From positions 1,560 through 65,559 of the forward strand of contig CACDAB010000005.1 in assembly GCA_902550615.1 (NCBI GenBank): 64,000 nt of DNA, in the 5' to 3' direction. The DNA comes from an uncultured Pelagibacteraceae bacterium (GTDB lineage: Bacteria > Pseudomonadota > Alphaproteobacteria > Pelagibacterales > Pelagibacteraceae). Numbering within the stretch: the first letter of the stretch is position 1; every line of letters begins with the position of its first letter. Made by a program: the position numbers and the translations under genes. This document shows positions 39,603 to 49,123 of this stretch, in pieces. The notes beneath the pieces were generated by a model. It searched no databases. It had not been told where the DNA came from and worked only from the letters and a program-made list of their open reading frames with translations.

Positions 39603-40158
39603 TTAAATTACTCGAGATTAAAGGTTTATAAATACTACACTTATAATTATCTTTAAATTTATAATGCCCACAATCCTTAGAAAAAGACGAAATAATAAAA
39701 TCAAATTTTCCTGTAGTGGGGTAAAGTTCAAGTTTCTTATTAAAAATATCATACTTAAAGTTTGCGTTTAAACTTTTAACTGCACTAATCATCACCAGTG
39801 TTTTATCATCTTTTAAAAGATAATAAGCAAAGTCGTCTGGAAATACAGGAAAGTCATATTCCTCTAAATGAAACTTGGCTTGAGAGGGAAACCAATCATA
39901 AGAGATCAATGGTGAAGAAGACTTTGTTGAATAATTATAGATATAAAGATCTTTTGGATAATCATTTATATAATTACTTTCTTCACCTCTAGCTAAAATC
40001 GATTTCTCTCGCCCCTTAAAATATAGCGCAAATTTTTTGTTGTGAGAGTCCATATGATCTATGTGAAATAAATCATCAGGATAAAATGAATTATCTTTCG
40101 AAAAAGCAAAGCTTTTTAAAGTTATGAATAAAATTATAATAATAAAAACATTTTTCAC
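39595..40158 (-). CDS. hypothetical exported protein
   Basis: 187 aa with an N-terminal signal-like segment MKNVFIIIILFITLKSFAFS. I recognise no motif. Its 3' end overlaps ftsY convergently by 8 nt. Confidence 0.55.
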   Translation of the reverse strand: MKNVFIIIILFITLKSFAFSKDNSFYPDDLFHIDHMDSHNKKFALYFKGREKSILARGEESNYINDYPKDLYIYNYSTKSSSPLISYDWFPSQAKFHLEEYDFPVFPDDFAYYLLKDDKTLVMISAVKSLNANFKYDIFNKKLELYPTTGKFDFIISSFSKDCGHYKFKDNYKCSIYKPLISSNLIN

Positions 40159-40207
40159 TTTTTAAACTTAAACTTAAATCTTGAAAAATATTTGTTTAGA
40201 ATATGGC

Positions 40208-41026
40208 TTAATTTAAATTAATCAAAAAAGAGTTTAGTGCTTTTACAAGACTCTCGTCATACTCCATCATATGATTGTCATATTTGGTAAAATACGAATA
40301 TTTGGGTTCATTAGCTATCTCAAACATCTTTTTACCCATCTCAAAAGGAACAATTTGATCTTTTTCACCATGCATTATCAAAATTGGAGATTTAATATTT
40401 TTAATTTTGTTTTTATTTTCAAATTTATCTTTGAGTAAAAGACCAACAGGTATATATGGATAAAATTTTTTAGCCGCATCAATCATTGATGTGAATGGAG
40501 TTTCTAAAATAACACCTGCAAACTCTTTGTTCTGGGATAAATGTGTTGCAACTCCTGTTCCTAATGATTCTCCATAAATTACTATATTTTTTTCATCTAC
40601 ACCTTTTTTTACCAACCATTTAATTGCACTTTCACCATCCTCATATAACCCAGACTCTGATGGTTTACCCTCGTTACCACTAAAACCTCTCCAAGCAATT
40701 ATTAAAAAATTAACACTCATGTCTCTAAAATGATTTAATTTATGAATTCTATTTTCTAAAGATCCAGCATTTCCATGAAAAAATAGAATTGTTTTATTTT
40801 TTTTTATATCTTTTTCATGATACCAACCCAATAAATCTAATCCATCTTGGGTTGGGACTTTTACTTTTTCAATATAAACTGAGAGTTTGTCATCAAAATA
40901 ATTATTTTCATCAGGATGATACATTAAGTTCCTTTGATAAAAATAAAGAAATACTAAGAGAAATATGTAAACTAAAATTGTTAGTTGTAAAAATAATAAC
41001 AAACTATTCCTAAACCTTTTTAACAT
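40208..41026 (-). CDS. membrane-anchored alpha/beta hydrolase (BEM46/ABHD13-like)
   Basis: N-terminal TM helix, HGNAGS oxyanion motif, GESLGTG nucleophile elbow, HGEKDQIVP, late His. Confidence 0.75.
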   Translation of the reverse strand: MLKRFRNSLLLFLQLTILVYIFLLVFLYFYQRNLMYHPDENNYFDDKLSVYIEKVKVPTQDGLDLLGWYHEKDIKKNKTILFFHGNAGSLENRIHKLNHFRDMSVNFLIIAWRGFSGNEGKPSESGLYEDGESAIKWLVKKGVDEKNIVIYGESLGTGVATHLSQNKEFAGVILETPFTSMIDAAKKFYPYIPVGLLLKDKFENKNKIKNIKSPILIMHGEKDQIVPFEMGKKMFEIANEPKYSYFTKYDNHMMEYDESLVKALNSFLINLN

Positions 41027-41915
41027 TATTTTTCTTTGCTAAATATACGCCAAAAAATACCAGAATAGTCCCAATAATATGGTAATTTTCAAATTTTTCG
41101 TCAAATAAAAAGTATCCATAAATTGCACCGTAAACTGTAAAAACATAAAGCGTAAAGCCAGTTAAAGATGCACCTAATTTTTTTTGAGCTATAGTATAAA
41201 GTGTAAAGGCAATTATCCCTGGCGATATAGCAGCAAAAATCACCCATAAATAAAATTCTGTTACAAAAATAGTCTCTTTATAAAATAATTCCTCACCAAC
41301 ATAAAAGGGTAACAAACTTAAAGCACCAAAAAAGGAAATCATAGCAAATCTATCGAAAATTTTTAATTTTGATTTCCAATAAAATAAATAAATAGAATAT
41401 AAAGCCCAACCAACTGCAGCAGCTAACATCCATAAATCACCAATTGTAAATCTAAGATTAATTAATAAATCAATATTACCTTTAATGATAATGACAAAAA
41501 CACCAATCAAACAAGCAATTAAACCAATTACCTTTGTCAAATTTATTTTTTCTTGAAAAAAGAAATATGAAATCAAAATAATAAAAACTGGAGAGGATGT
41601 ATAAATTATTCCCATATTAGTTACGGTTGTTGTCTCACCAGCTAAAAAAGGGAAAGCGCCACATACACCACACCCCATTGACCCCAAAAAAAATAATTTT
41701 TTATATTCCTTTTTAATTATATGAAAATTATTTTTTAAAGTTACATAAGTAAATGGTAATAAAATCAAAAAAACCACTGTCCAACGCCAAAATGCAAGTG
41801 AAATAGGCGGGACAAATTCAACACCACCTCTAGCAACAACTAAGTTACTAGCCATAAAGATTGGTTGTATAAATAGTAATGATAATGGAAATATATCTGT
41901 CTTAATATTTTTCAA
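41010..41915 (-). CDS. EamA/DMT-family transporter
   Basis: 301 aa, about 10 TM helices in two EamA-like halves; TTG start. Confidence 0.8.
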   Translation of the reverse strand: MKNIKTDIFPLSLLFIQPIFMASNLVVARGGVEFVPPISLAFWRWTVVFLILLPFTYVTLKNNFHIIKKEYKKLFFLGSMGCGVCGAFPFLAGETTTVTNMGIIYTSSPVFIILISYFFFQEKINLTKVIGLIACLIGVFVIIIKGNIDLLINLRFTIGDLWMLAAAVGWALYSIYLFYWKSKLKIFDRFAMISFFGALSLLPFYVGEELFYKETIFVTEFYLWVIFAAISPGIIAFTLYTIAQKKLGASLTGFTLYVFTVYGAIYGYFLFDEKFENYHIIGTILVFFGVYLAKKNNVKKV

Positions 41916-41926
41916 TTTAATTGATA

Positions 41927-42103
41927 TTAATCTTTATCAAAAAAGGCTTCGTATATCATCATGATGATAGCTGCACCCATTAAGAGATAAACTGGAATAA
42001 CATCCAAGAAGCCTATCATCATTGATCTTGTCAAAGTTGTAGCTAAACCAATTAAAAAGAAAACTGCAAAAGATAATCCTATGATTGTAGTAATTTTATT
42101 CAT
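41927..42103 (-). CDS. possible small two-TM membrane protein (~58 aa), below the ORF-track size cut-off
   Basis: My translation is MNKITTIIGLSFAVFFLIGLATTLTRSMMIGFLDVIPVYLLMGAAIIMMIYEAFFDKD, with the ATG 1-2 nt after the amidase stop. The frame depends on the exact length of an A-run near 42055-42063, which I could not read unambiguously. The given amidase coordinates fit only if the ORF is open. Confidence 0.4.
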   Translation of the reverse strand: MNKITTIIGLSFAVFFLIGLATTLTRSMMIGFLDVIPVYLLMGAAIIMMIYEAFFDKD

Positions 42104-42104
42104 T

Positions 42105-43433
42105 TTATTCCTGACATTCTTTTTCTAACCAATTAGCAACTCCTAGAAATCTATGATCATCATATTTATTGCCAATTAATTGAACGCCTAATGGTAAATT
42201 ATTTTCTCCTTCAAGTAAAGGTAACGAAATACATGGTGTGCCAAGATAAGACCAAACTTTATTAAATTCTGCTGTTCCTGTACTTTTTAAACCCTTTGGT
42301 GCAACACCCGGGCTAGCTGGTGACAAAACTCCATGATAATCCTCAAAAACTTCCTCGTAAGACTCATAGCCTCTTTTCATAAAATCAATTGCTTCTGCGT
42401 ATTCTTTCGCGGAATGTTTATTGCCTTTTGTAATTGCATCTTGCATATACTTCGATAATTTCTTTTTAAATTTTTTAAAATACACTGAAAAATTATTGGC
42501 TAAATCAGTCTCATGAATAATTTGGTGATACTTGTGAATATCCTTAAAATAAGAAGGTGTATCAAAAATCTCGATATTTTTTTTGAATGAATTAATAAAA
42601 TATTCAAATGACTCTCTAGACTTTTTATCTATTAATTTCCAATGTTCAGTTTTATAAAAAATAAATTTAGGATCAAATAAAGGTCCTTTTTTTGTCTCAG
42701 ATAAAATATTTTCCGTTGAGTAATGTATAGTTGCTGGATCAAATTTATCTTTTTTTATCAATACTTTTGCTAACATAGCCACATCCTCAACTTTTCGGCC
42801 AAAGATTCCTATATGATCTAGATTATAAGAAGTTCTTAAAACACCATTTCTAGATATCAAACCATAACTAGGTTTATAACCCACAACTCCACAATAGGAT
42901 GCTGGTCTAATAATGGATCCTCCAGTTTGTGATCCAATTGATGCAGGTGCCATAAACGAAGCCACTGAAGCAGCTGATCCGCTTGAAGAACCACCTGGTG
43001 TTCTTGTTTTATCATGTGGATTTGTGGTTGCCGGGGGTCCTAAATAAGCAAGTTCTGAGGTTGCTGTTTTACCCATTACAATCGCTCCGGATGCATGAAG
43101 CAGATCAATTATTTCAGCATTTTGTGAATATGATTTACCTTTTCTAATAACTGTTCCACATTCGGTTGGCATATCAACTGTCCCAATAATGTCTTTAACC
43201 GCAATAGGCACTCCATGAAGTGGACCAATTGGTTTACCAGATCTTCTATGATCGTCAGCTTCTGCAGCTTTTTCTAATAAAACTTTTTTGTCAAAATGGG
43301 CCCAAGCCTTTATATCTTTGTCAAATTTATTGATTCTTTCGATATACTTTTCACAAACATCAACAGAGGTGAGTTGGGCATCTTTAATCTTTGCAGCAAG
43401 TTCTTCAAGACTTAAAGAAAATATATCTGTCAT
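42105..43433 (-). CDS. amidase-signature family amidase
   Basis: AS motif GGSSSGSAASVA with upstream Lys (PIAVKD); 442 aa. Confidence 0.88.
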   Translation of the reverse strand: MTDIFSLSLEELAAKIKDAQLTSVDVCEKYIERINKFDKDIKAWAHFDKKVLLEKAAEADDHRRSGKPIGPLHGVPIAVKDIIGTVDMPTECGTVIRKGKSYSQNAEIIDLLHASGAIVMGKTATSELAYLGPPATTNPHDKTRTPGGSSSGSAASVASFMAPASIGSQTGGSIIRPASYCGVVGYKPSYGLISRNGVLRTSYNLDHIGIFGRKVEDVAMLAKVLIKKDKFDPATIHYSTENILSETKKGPLFDPKFIFYKTEHWKLIDKKSRESFEYFINSFKKNIEIFDTPSYFKDIHKYHQIIHETDLANNFSVYFKKFKKKLSKYMQDAITKGNKHSAKEYAEAIDFMKRGYESYEEVFEDYHGVLSPASPGVAPKGLKSTGTAEFNKVWSYLGTPCISLPLLEGENNLPLGVQLIGNKYDDHRFLGVANWLEKECQE

Positions 43434-43439
43434 TTAAAA

Positions 43440-44801
43440 TTAGTTTGCAAATAATGTCTCTGGTAACCAAAGTGCTATACCTGGAAATAAATACATTAGA
43501 ACCATAGCTAAAATCACAATACCTAAAAATGGCATTATTCCTCCAAAGATCTGCATCAATTCAACATTCTTTGATTGAACTCCCTTTAGGTAGTAAGCAG
43601 ACATTGCCATGGGGGGTGTCAAAAATGAGGTTTGTAAATTTAGAGCAATCAACATTGCAAAGAAATACGGATTTACTCCAAAAAATTCGACTAATGGTAA
43701 AAATATTGGTACAAAAATAATTAATATCTCCGTCCACTCCAATGGCCAACCTAATAAAAATATAATCAATTGTGTAATAACTAAAAATTGCCAAGGCTGT
43801 AAATTTAGAGATTTAAAAAAATGCTCGAAAACTTCGTGACCACCAAGATAAGAAAATACAGAAGCAAATGTCCACGATCCTATGAAAAGCCACATGATCA
43901 TTGCAGTTGTTTTAGCTGTCAAAAAGACAGACTCTTTAAAATTTTTCCACTTAAGGGTTTTATAAAAATATGAAAGCACCAACGATCCAAATGCACCGAC
44001 GGCTGCAGCTTCAGCAGGTGTTGCTATTCCAGCTAAAATTGTACCTAGAACTAAAATTATCAATGAAAATAAAGGTAAGAAGGAGACAAGAACCTCTTTA
44101 AGAATTACTGCTGTAGGAGGTATTTCCTCAGCCGCAGGTTTTGGCGCTATTGATGGATTTAACCAAGCTCTGAACACTGCGTATGCAATGTAAAGTCCCG
44201 CTAACATAAGTCCTGGAAAAATAGCAGCTGCAAATAACCTTAGTGGTGATAGTTGAGCAATTACAGAGTAAACGATCAACATAATACTAGGTGGAATTAA
44301 AATTCCTAAACATCCACCTGAACAAATTATTCCAGATGCAAATTTTTTATCATAACCAGCTTTAATCATAGCAGGCCATGCTAGTAGTCCCATTAAAGTA
44401 ACAACTGCACCTATAATACCTGTTGCTGTTGAAAATAGGGCACAAGTAATCAGTGCTGCAACTGCCATTGATGCAGGAAGCTTATGAGATGCTAATCTAA
44501 TTGCAAAAAATAGTTTTGCTACAATACCTGCTCTTTCAACTAAATATCCCATGAATAAAAAGAGCGGGACAGCAGTAAGGACATTATTATCCATAACAGT
44601 GTAGGTGTTTTGAACAAAAAGTTGGAATATCCTATTATCAAAAAGGTGTTCCATCTTAGTTGGATCAAAGTAAGCATAATATCCAAAACCTAGTCCCATC
44701 GCCATTAAAGTAAAGGCAATCGGAAAACCTAATAGTACGGCAAATAAAAATATACCCATCATCATAATTGCCACTTCAGGATTTGTCAGACTAAATAACA
44801 T
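43440..44801 (-). CDS. dctM: TRAP transporter large permease
   Basis: 453 aa, polytopic DctM-type sequence; overlaps dctQ by 11 nt. Confidence 0.9.
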   Translation of the reverse strand: MLFSLTNPEVAIMMMGIFLFAVLLGFPIAFTLMAMGLGFGYYAYFDPTKMEHLFDNRIFQLFVQNTYTVMDNNVLTAVPLFLFMGYLVERAGIVAKLFFAIRLASHKLPASMAVAALITCALFSTATGIIGAVVTLMGLLAWPAMIKAGYDKKFASGIICSGGCLGILIPPSIMLIVYSVIAQLSPLRLFAAAIFPGLMLAGLYIAYAVFRAWLNPSIAPKPAAEEIPPTAVILKEVLVSFLPLFSLIILVLGTILAGIATPAEAAAVGAFGSLVLSYFYKTLKWKNFKESVFLTAKTTAMIMWLFIGSWTFASVFSYLGGHEVFEHFFKSLNLQPWQFLVITQLIIFLLGWPLEWTEILIIFVPIFLPLVEFFGVNPYFFAMLIALNLQTSFLTPPMAMSAYYLKGVQSKNVELMQIFGGIMPFLGIVILAMVLMYLFPGIALWLPETLFAN

Positions 44802-45384
44802 CTTCTTTATTTCCCTCTTGTGAAGTTCTCATTAATACTTTTTCAGTTTCTTCGGCATCACGCTCTGTTCCTCTTTCTGGCCAACTACCAGTTTTAATAC
44901 ATATAATACATCTGAACACTTCACCTATTCCCTGAAGGGTTAACAGACTTCCAGATAAAGGTATTAAAGATTTCGCCATATAAATTTGAATTTGAGCTGG
45001 ACTATTCCAACTTGTTTCTTTTATTTTCCAAGCTAGCGCAGCATACTCGTAACCATAAAAGGCTAATGCAATTACGCCAGGGAAAAAGAAAATAAAATAT
45101 AAAACTATATCTATCCAAGCTTGTACTCTTTGAGAAAATAATCTGTAAATGACGTCTCCTCTTACATGTGCCTCGGTACACAAAGTATATGCACCAGCCA
45201 TCATAAAAATCGCACCATACATTTGGAGACTAAAATCGAAATTCCATAAAGTTGGTGCATTTAAAGCATATGCCATAAAAACCTCATAGCACGTTCCACC
45301 CATCAAAATTACAATACACCAGGAAAATGCTTTACCCATTGAGACGCTTAATCGGTCGGCAAATTTTATATAAGATCTCATCAT
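44791..45384 (-). CDS. dctQ: TRAP transporter small permease
   Basis: 197 aa, 4 TM, positioned between the SBP and dctM genes. Confidence 0.8.
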   Translation of the reverse strand: MMRSYIKFADRLSVSMGKAFSWCIVILMGGTCYEVFMAYALNAPTLWNFDFSLQMYGAIFMMAGAYTLCTEAHVRGDVIYRLFSQRVQAWIDIVLYFIFFFPGVIALAFYGYEYAALAWKIKETSWNSPAQIQIYMAKSLIPLSGSLLTLQGIGEVFRCIICIKTGSWPERGTERDAEETEKVLMRTSQEGNKEDVI

Positions 45385-45420
45385 AGATATAGACTCTTAT
45401 TGAATTGTTTTGAATTAATC

Positions 45421-45446
45421 AAATAAAAAGGGGGCCGAGGCCCCCT
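45421..45446 (-). terminator. GC-rich hairpin plus U-run between dctP and dctQ (intrinsic terminator or attenuator)
   Basis: Positions 45430-45435 pair with 45440-45445 (GGGGGC/GCCCCC, 6 bp, 4-nt loop). On the minus strand a TTTTTATTT run follows. It lies about 25 nt after the dctP stop. Confidence 0.6.
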
Positions 45447-45469
45447 CATTAAAATTTATAAAAAGTTAA

Positions 45470-46624
45470 TTATAACTTAACTTTTGCTATTGGACCAAAC
45501 TCATTTTCATATGCAAGTTTGTAATTCGGCTGATTCATCAGCAAGTATTTCATTACTCTCTTCGCATATGCTTTCTGAGAATCTACGACTTTCTTAAAGA
45601 AAGGATCTTTCTTATTGAAATCACCGATTACCTTATCCCAACCTTTTAATTGTTGAGCTAAGATTTCATCAGAAGTTTGGTAAACATTTACTTTATGCTC
45701 ATTCATTAACTTAGCTAAGTCAGCTGAGTATCTTACTAAAGCTTTAAAGTAGTTATCACTATTTGCAGCATAAGCAGCATTTTTCAATATTGCTTGGTGT
45801 GCAGGTGATAAACTATTATATGTTTTTTTGTTAACTGGTATCTCAAACATCTCTTGAGATTGGTGGAAGCTTCCTAAGTGATAGTGCTTAGAAACATCTT
45901 GCATACCAAACTGAGAGTCTGAAGTTGGGTTGTTAAACTCAGCAGCTTCAATCAAACCAGTTTTCATCGCTGGTTGAATTTCACCACCTGGTAATTGTCT
46001 AACTACCATTCCCATTGCAGTTAAAACGTTAGTCGCTAAACCAACAGTTCTGTACTTCATACCTTTAACATCAGACACTTTAGTTACGTTCTTTTTGAAC
46101 CAACCAAAAGGCTGAGCTGGCATAGGCATATGGAAAAAACCAACATAATCGAAACCAACTTTTGCAAGTGTTTCGTCATATAGTTTTCTTCCTCCACCAT
46201 ACTCCATCCATCCCATAACTTCTTGAGATGACATTCCATATGAAGGACCAGTTCCAAATAATGATGCAGCAGGGTTTTTACCATACCAATATGCAGTCAC
46301 CCAGTGACCCATGTCTACTACACCGGAACTAACCGCTTGTCCGATTTCTGAAGTCTTTACAACTGCTCCAACCGGTTGAAGATCAATCTGAAGAGATCCT
46401 CCAGACATTTCTTTAACCATGTTACAATAGTCTCCAGCCATTTCGAAAAAGATGTTAGCTCCACTTGGCCATGCAGCTTGCATCTTTAAAGTTGTTGCTG
46501 CATTTGCCTTCACATATGGCATTGCAACAGCGGCTGCAGCTATAGCACCAGTCTTAGCAGCAGTTTTAAAGAACTTACGTCTTGAAGATGTTTTCACCTT
46601 CAATGATTTATTTTCTTTAGTCAT
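45470..46624 (-). CDS. dctP: TRAP transporter periplasmic solute-binding protein with a Tat-type signal
   Basis: Twin-arginine motif SRRKFFKTAAKTG...ANA; DctP-type (family 7) SBP sequence; AGGAG Shine-Dalgarno 6 nt upstream of the ATG. Confidence 0.88.
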   Translation of the reverse strand: MTKENKSLKVKTSSRRKFFKTAAKTGAIAAAAVAMPYVKANAATTLKMQAAWPSGANIFFEMAGDYCNMVKEMSGGSLQIDLQPVGAVVKTSEIGQAVSSGVVDMGHWVTAYWYGKNPAASLFGTGPSYGMSSQEVMGWMEYGGGRKLYDETLAKVGFDYVGFFHMPMPAQPFGWFKKNVTKVSDVKGMKYRTVGLATNVLTAMGMVVRQLPGGEIQPAMKTGLIEAAEFNNPTSDSQFGMQDVSKHYHLGSFHQSQEMFEIPVNKKTYNSLSPAHQAILKNAAYAANSDNYFKALVRYSADLAKLMNEHKVNVYQTSDEILAQQLKGWDKVIGDFNKKDPFFKKVVDSQKAYAKRVMKYLLMNQPNYKLAYENEFGPIAKVKL

Positions 46625-46741
46625 TATTACTCCTATAAAGTTAATTAACTTGATTAATTAAAACATAGAATCAGATTAGAGTCTTTCTAAAAAAAGGCGT
46701 AGATGTCGCAATAGTTGAATTAGATTCAATCCAGAGTAGAA

Positions 46742-47695
46742 TTAATTTACTTTATTTTTACAATTTCCAGTTTTAAAAAACTCATCAATATTATCGATTG
46801 CTAAGTTTGCCATTGCAATTCTTGTGTCCTTTGTTGCGCTTCCTAGGTGTGGAAGAATAAATGCTGACTTAATTTTATTATAACCAGGATTTAAGTTTGG
46901 CTCATTTTTATAAACATCTAATCCAGCTGCATATATTTTTCTTCGATTCAACGCATCAATTAAGGCTTCATCGTTGACAATATCTCCTCTGGCGACATTA
47001 GTAATTACTGCTCCTTTAGGGAAATATTCAACTGTTTCTTTGTTAATCATGTTTTCTGTTTCTTTAGTAGCAGGACAACAAATTGATAGGACATCAGAAA
47101 CTGAAAAAAGACTTTTGATATTATCATGATAAATCGCTCCCTGCTCTTTTTCATCACTTAACTTTGATCTATTGTGATAATGAATTATCATGCCTAACGA
47201 CTTTGCAATCTTTGCAATTTTTTGCCCTATTCTTCCCATGCCTAGAATACCAAGTCTGGAGCCTGTCAATTGCTTACCTATTAAATAGTCTGCTGACCAC
47301 TTCCATCCACCTTCTTGAGCAGATACTATTCCTTCAGAGGCTCTTCTGCATGCGCCTAAAATTAAAAGTATCCCAATTTCAGCTGTCGCATCAGATAAAA
47401 CCTCAGGAGTATTGGTAATTGCAATGCCTCTTTTTTTTGCAGCATCTAAATCAATATTTCCAAATCCAACTGCAAAATTTGAAATAATTTTTATCGTGTC
47501 TGGCAATTTGTTGATTGTTTCTTTATCCATTTTATCTGTGAGAGAAGATAAAATTCCATCACATCCTTTACTCATTTCTATTACTTTTGACTGAGAGTAT
47601 AGCTCATCATTATTATTGAATATTGGATCAAAAGTTTTAGTGGCTTTATCCTCACTCTCTTTAATTAATTTTCTAGTGATTAGAATTTTTTTCAT
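46742..47695 (-). CDS. D-isomer-specific 2-hydroxyacid dehydrogenase (glyoxylate/hydroxypyruvate reductase-like)
   Basis: NAD motif GILGMGRIGQKIA, ARGDIVDE, HLGSAT. Confidence 0.88.
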   Translation of the reverse strand: MKKILITRKLIKESEDKATKTFDPIFNNNDELYSQSKVIEMSKGCDGILSSLTDKMDKETINKLPDTIKIISNFAVGFGNIDLDAAKKRGIAITNTPEVLSDATAEIGILLILGACRRASEGIVSAQEGGWKWSADYLIGKQLTGSRLGILGMGRIGQKIAKIAKSLGMIIHYHNRSKLSDEKEQGAIYHDNIKSLFSVSDVLSICCPATKETENMINKETVEYFPKGAVITNVARGDIVNDEALIDALNRRKIYAAGLDVYKNEPNLNPGYNKIKSAFILPHLGSATKDTRIAMANLAIDNIDEFFKTGNCKNKVN

Positions 47696-47711
47696 TAAAA
47701 TATAAAATTAA

Positions 47712-49085
47712 CTAATTCAGATCGAATATCTTGCCAGGATTCATTATATTATTTTGATCAATGCTCCTCTTAATCAATTTCATTAATGGAATGTTGTCAG
47801 CATGTTCTTTTAAAAGATATTCTTTTTTATGTAACCCAACTCCATGTTCTCCGGTGATTGTACCTTTCAATTCAAGTGCTTTATTAATTAATAAGTCGTT
47901 AAATTCTCTTATTTTTTTGTATGTCTCTTTGTTTTCAGGGTCAAAAGGCAAAAGCACATGAAAGTTTCCATCACCTAAATGACCTACCATCGGAGCTCTT
48001 AATCCAAATTTTTTTGCCTGCTCTTCTGCGTAATTTACACATTCAGTTATATTTGAAATTGGTAAACACACGTCAGTCGAATAAACTCTTCCATTATTTA
48101 TCAATGCTTTAACTGAATAATAAACATCCCATCGGGCTTTCCAAAGCTTATTTCTCTCTTCTAAATCTTTTGCCCATTTAAAAGAACTTCCATTATTATC
48201 TTTCGATATTTCCTCAACAATTTTAATATTTTCATTATTAGATGCCTCGGATCCATGAAACTCAAAAAATAAAGTTGGCACTGCTTCGATATCTTTCAAT
48301 TTAGAGTAATTAATACTAATACCCATTTGATCTTTGTTTAGCATTTCAATTCTAGCGATCGGAACTCCATATTGAATAACTTGTTGGGCAGTTTGAACTG
48401 CATTTTCTAAAGTTGGGAAATGACAAACTGCAGACATAATGCTTTCTGGTATTGGCGATAATCTCAATTGAACTTCTGTAATTATGCCTAACGTTCCCTC
48501 TGAACCTATAAATAAATTGGTTAAATTATAACCTGCTGATGTTTTTTTAGTTCTGCTACCAGTATTTACAATATCTCCATTAGGCAAAACAACTGTGAGT
48601 CCACTGATTACAGTTTTCATTGTTCCATATTTTACAGCCATTGTACCTGAAGCTGATGTTGAAGCCATACCTCCAATTGCTGCATTAGCACCTGGATCAA
48701 TCGGGAAAAAAACTCCATCTTCTCTCAAATAATCATTTAATTGTTCTTTAGTTACACATGCCTGAACTCGACAATCAAAGTCTTCGACATTCACACTTAA
48801 AATTTTATTCATTTTTTCAAGACATATGGTTATGCCTTTTTCATTACCGACAACATTACCTTCTAAAGATGTTCCTGTTCCAAAAGGTACAACGGGGATT
48901 TTGTGCTCATTACACAAACGGAGCACTTTAGAGACTTCTTCATTTGTTTCAGGAAAAACTACAGCTTTAGACAAAACGGGATCATAAGTATCCTCACCTC
49001 TAGCATAATTTGCTCTTGTTGACTCAGAGGTGGAAAATCTTCCATTAAAAATTTTTTTAAACTCTGCTTGGACTTGCTCGTTCAT
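47712..49085 (-). CDS. FAD-linked oxidase (D-lactate dehydrogenase / GlcD-like)
   Basis: PCMH-type FAD-binding domain VVPFGTGTSLEGN and C-terminal GTITGEHGVGL. Confidence 0.88.
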   Translation of the reverse strand: MNEQVQAEFKKIFNGRFSTSESTRANYARGEDTYDPVLSKAVVFPETNEEVSKVLRLCNEHKIPVVPFGTGTSLEGNVVGNEKGITICLEKMNKILSVNVEDFDCRVQACVTKEQLNDYLREDGVFFPIDPGANAAIGGMASTSASGTMAVKYGTMKTVISGLTVVLPNGDIVNTGSRTKKTSAGYNLTNLFIGSEGTLGIITEVQLRLSPIPESIMSAVCHFPTLENAVQTAQQVIQYGVPIARIEMLNKDQMGISINYSKLKDIEAVPTLFFEFHGSEASNNENIKIVEEISKDNNGSSFKWAKDLEERNKLWKARWDVYYSVKALINNGRVYSTDVCLPISNITECVNYAEEQAKKFGLRAPMVGHLGDGNFHVLLPFDPENKETYKKIREFNDLLINKALELKGTITGEHGVGLHKKEYLLKEHADNIPLMKLIKRSIDQNNIMNPGKIFDLN

Positions 49086-49123
49086 TAAAAGAATATTAGT
49101 AAAAATTTTATCAAAAATACAGC

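Noticed and set aside
43529-43839. Cluster of three short ORFs on both strands inside dctM
   Set aside because: All lie within the conserved DctM coding region and are shadow frames.
46684-46712. Weak stem (GCG/CGC) followed by T7 on the minus strand after the 2-hydroxyacid dehydrogenase gene, as a terminator
   Set aside because: There are only 3 G-C pairs with mismatches. The evidence is too poor to call, although a T-run is present.
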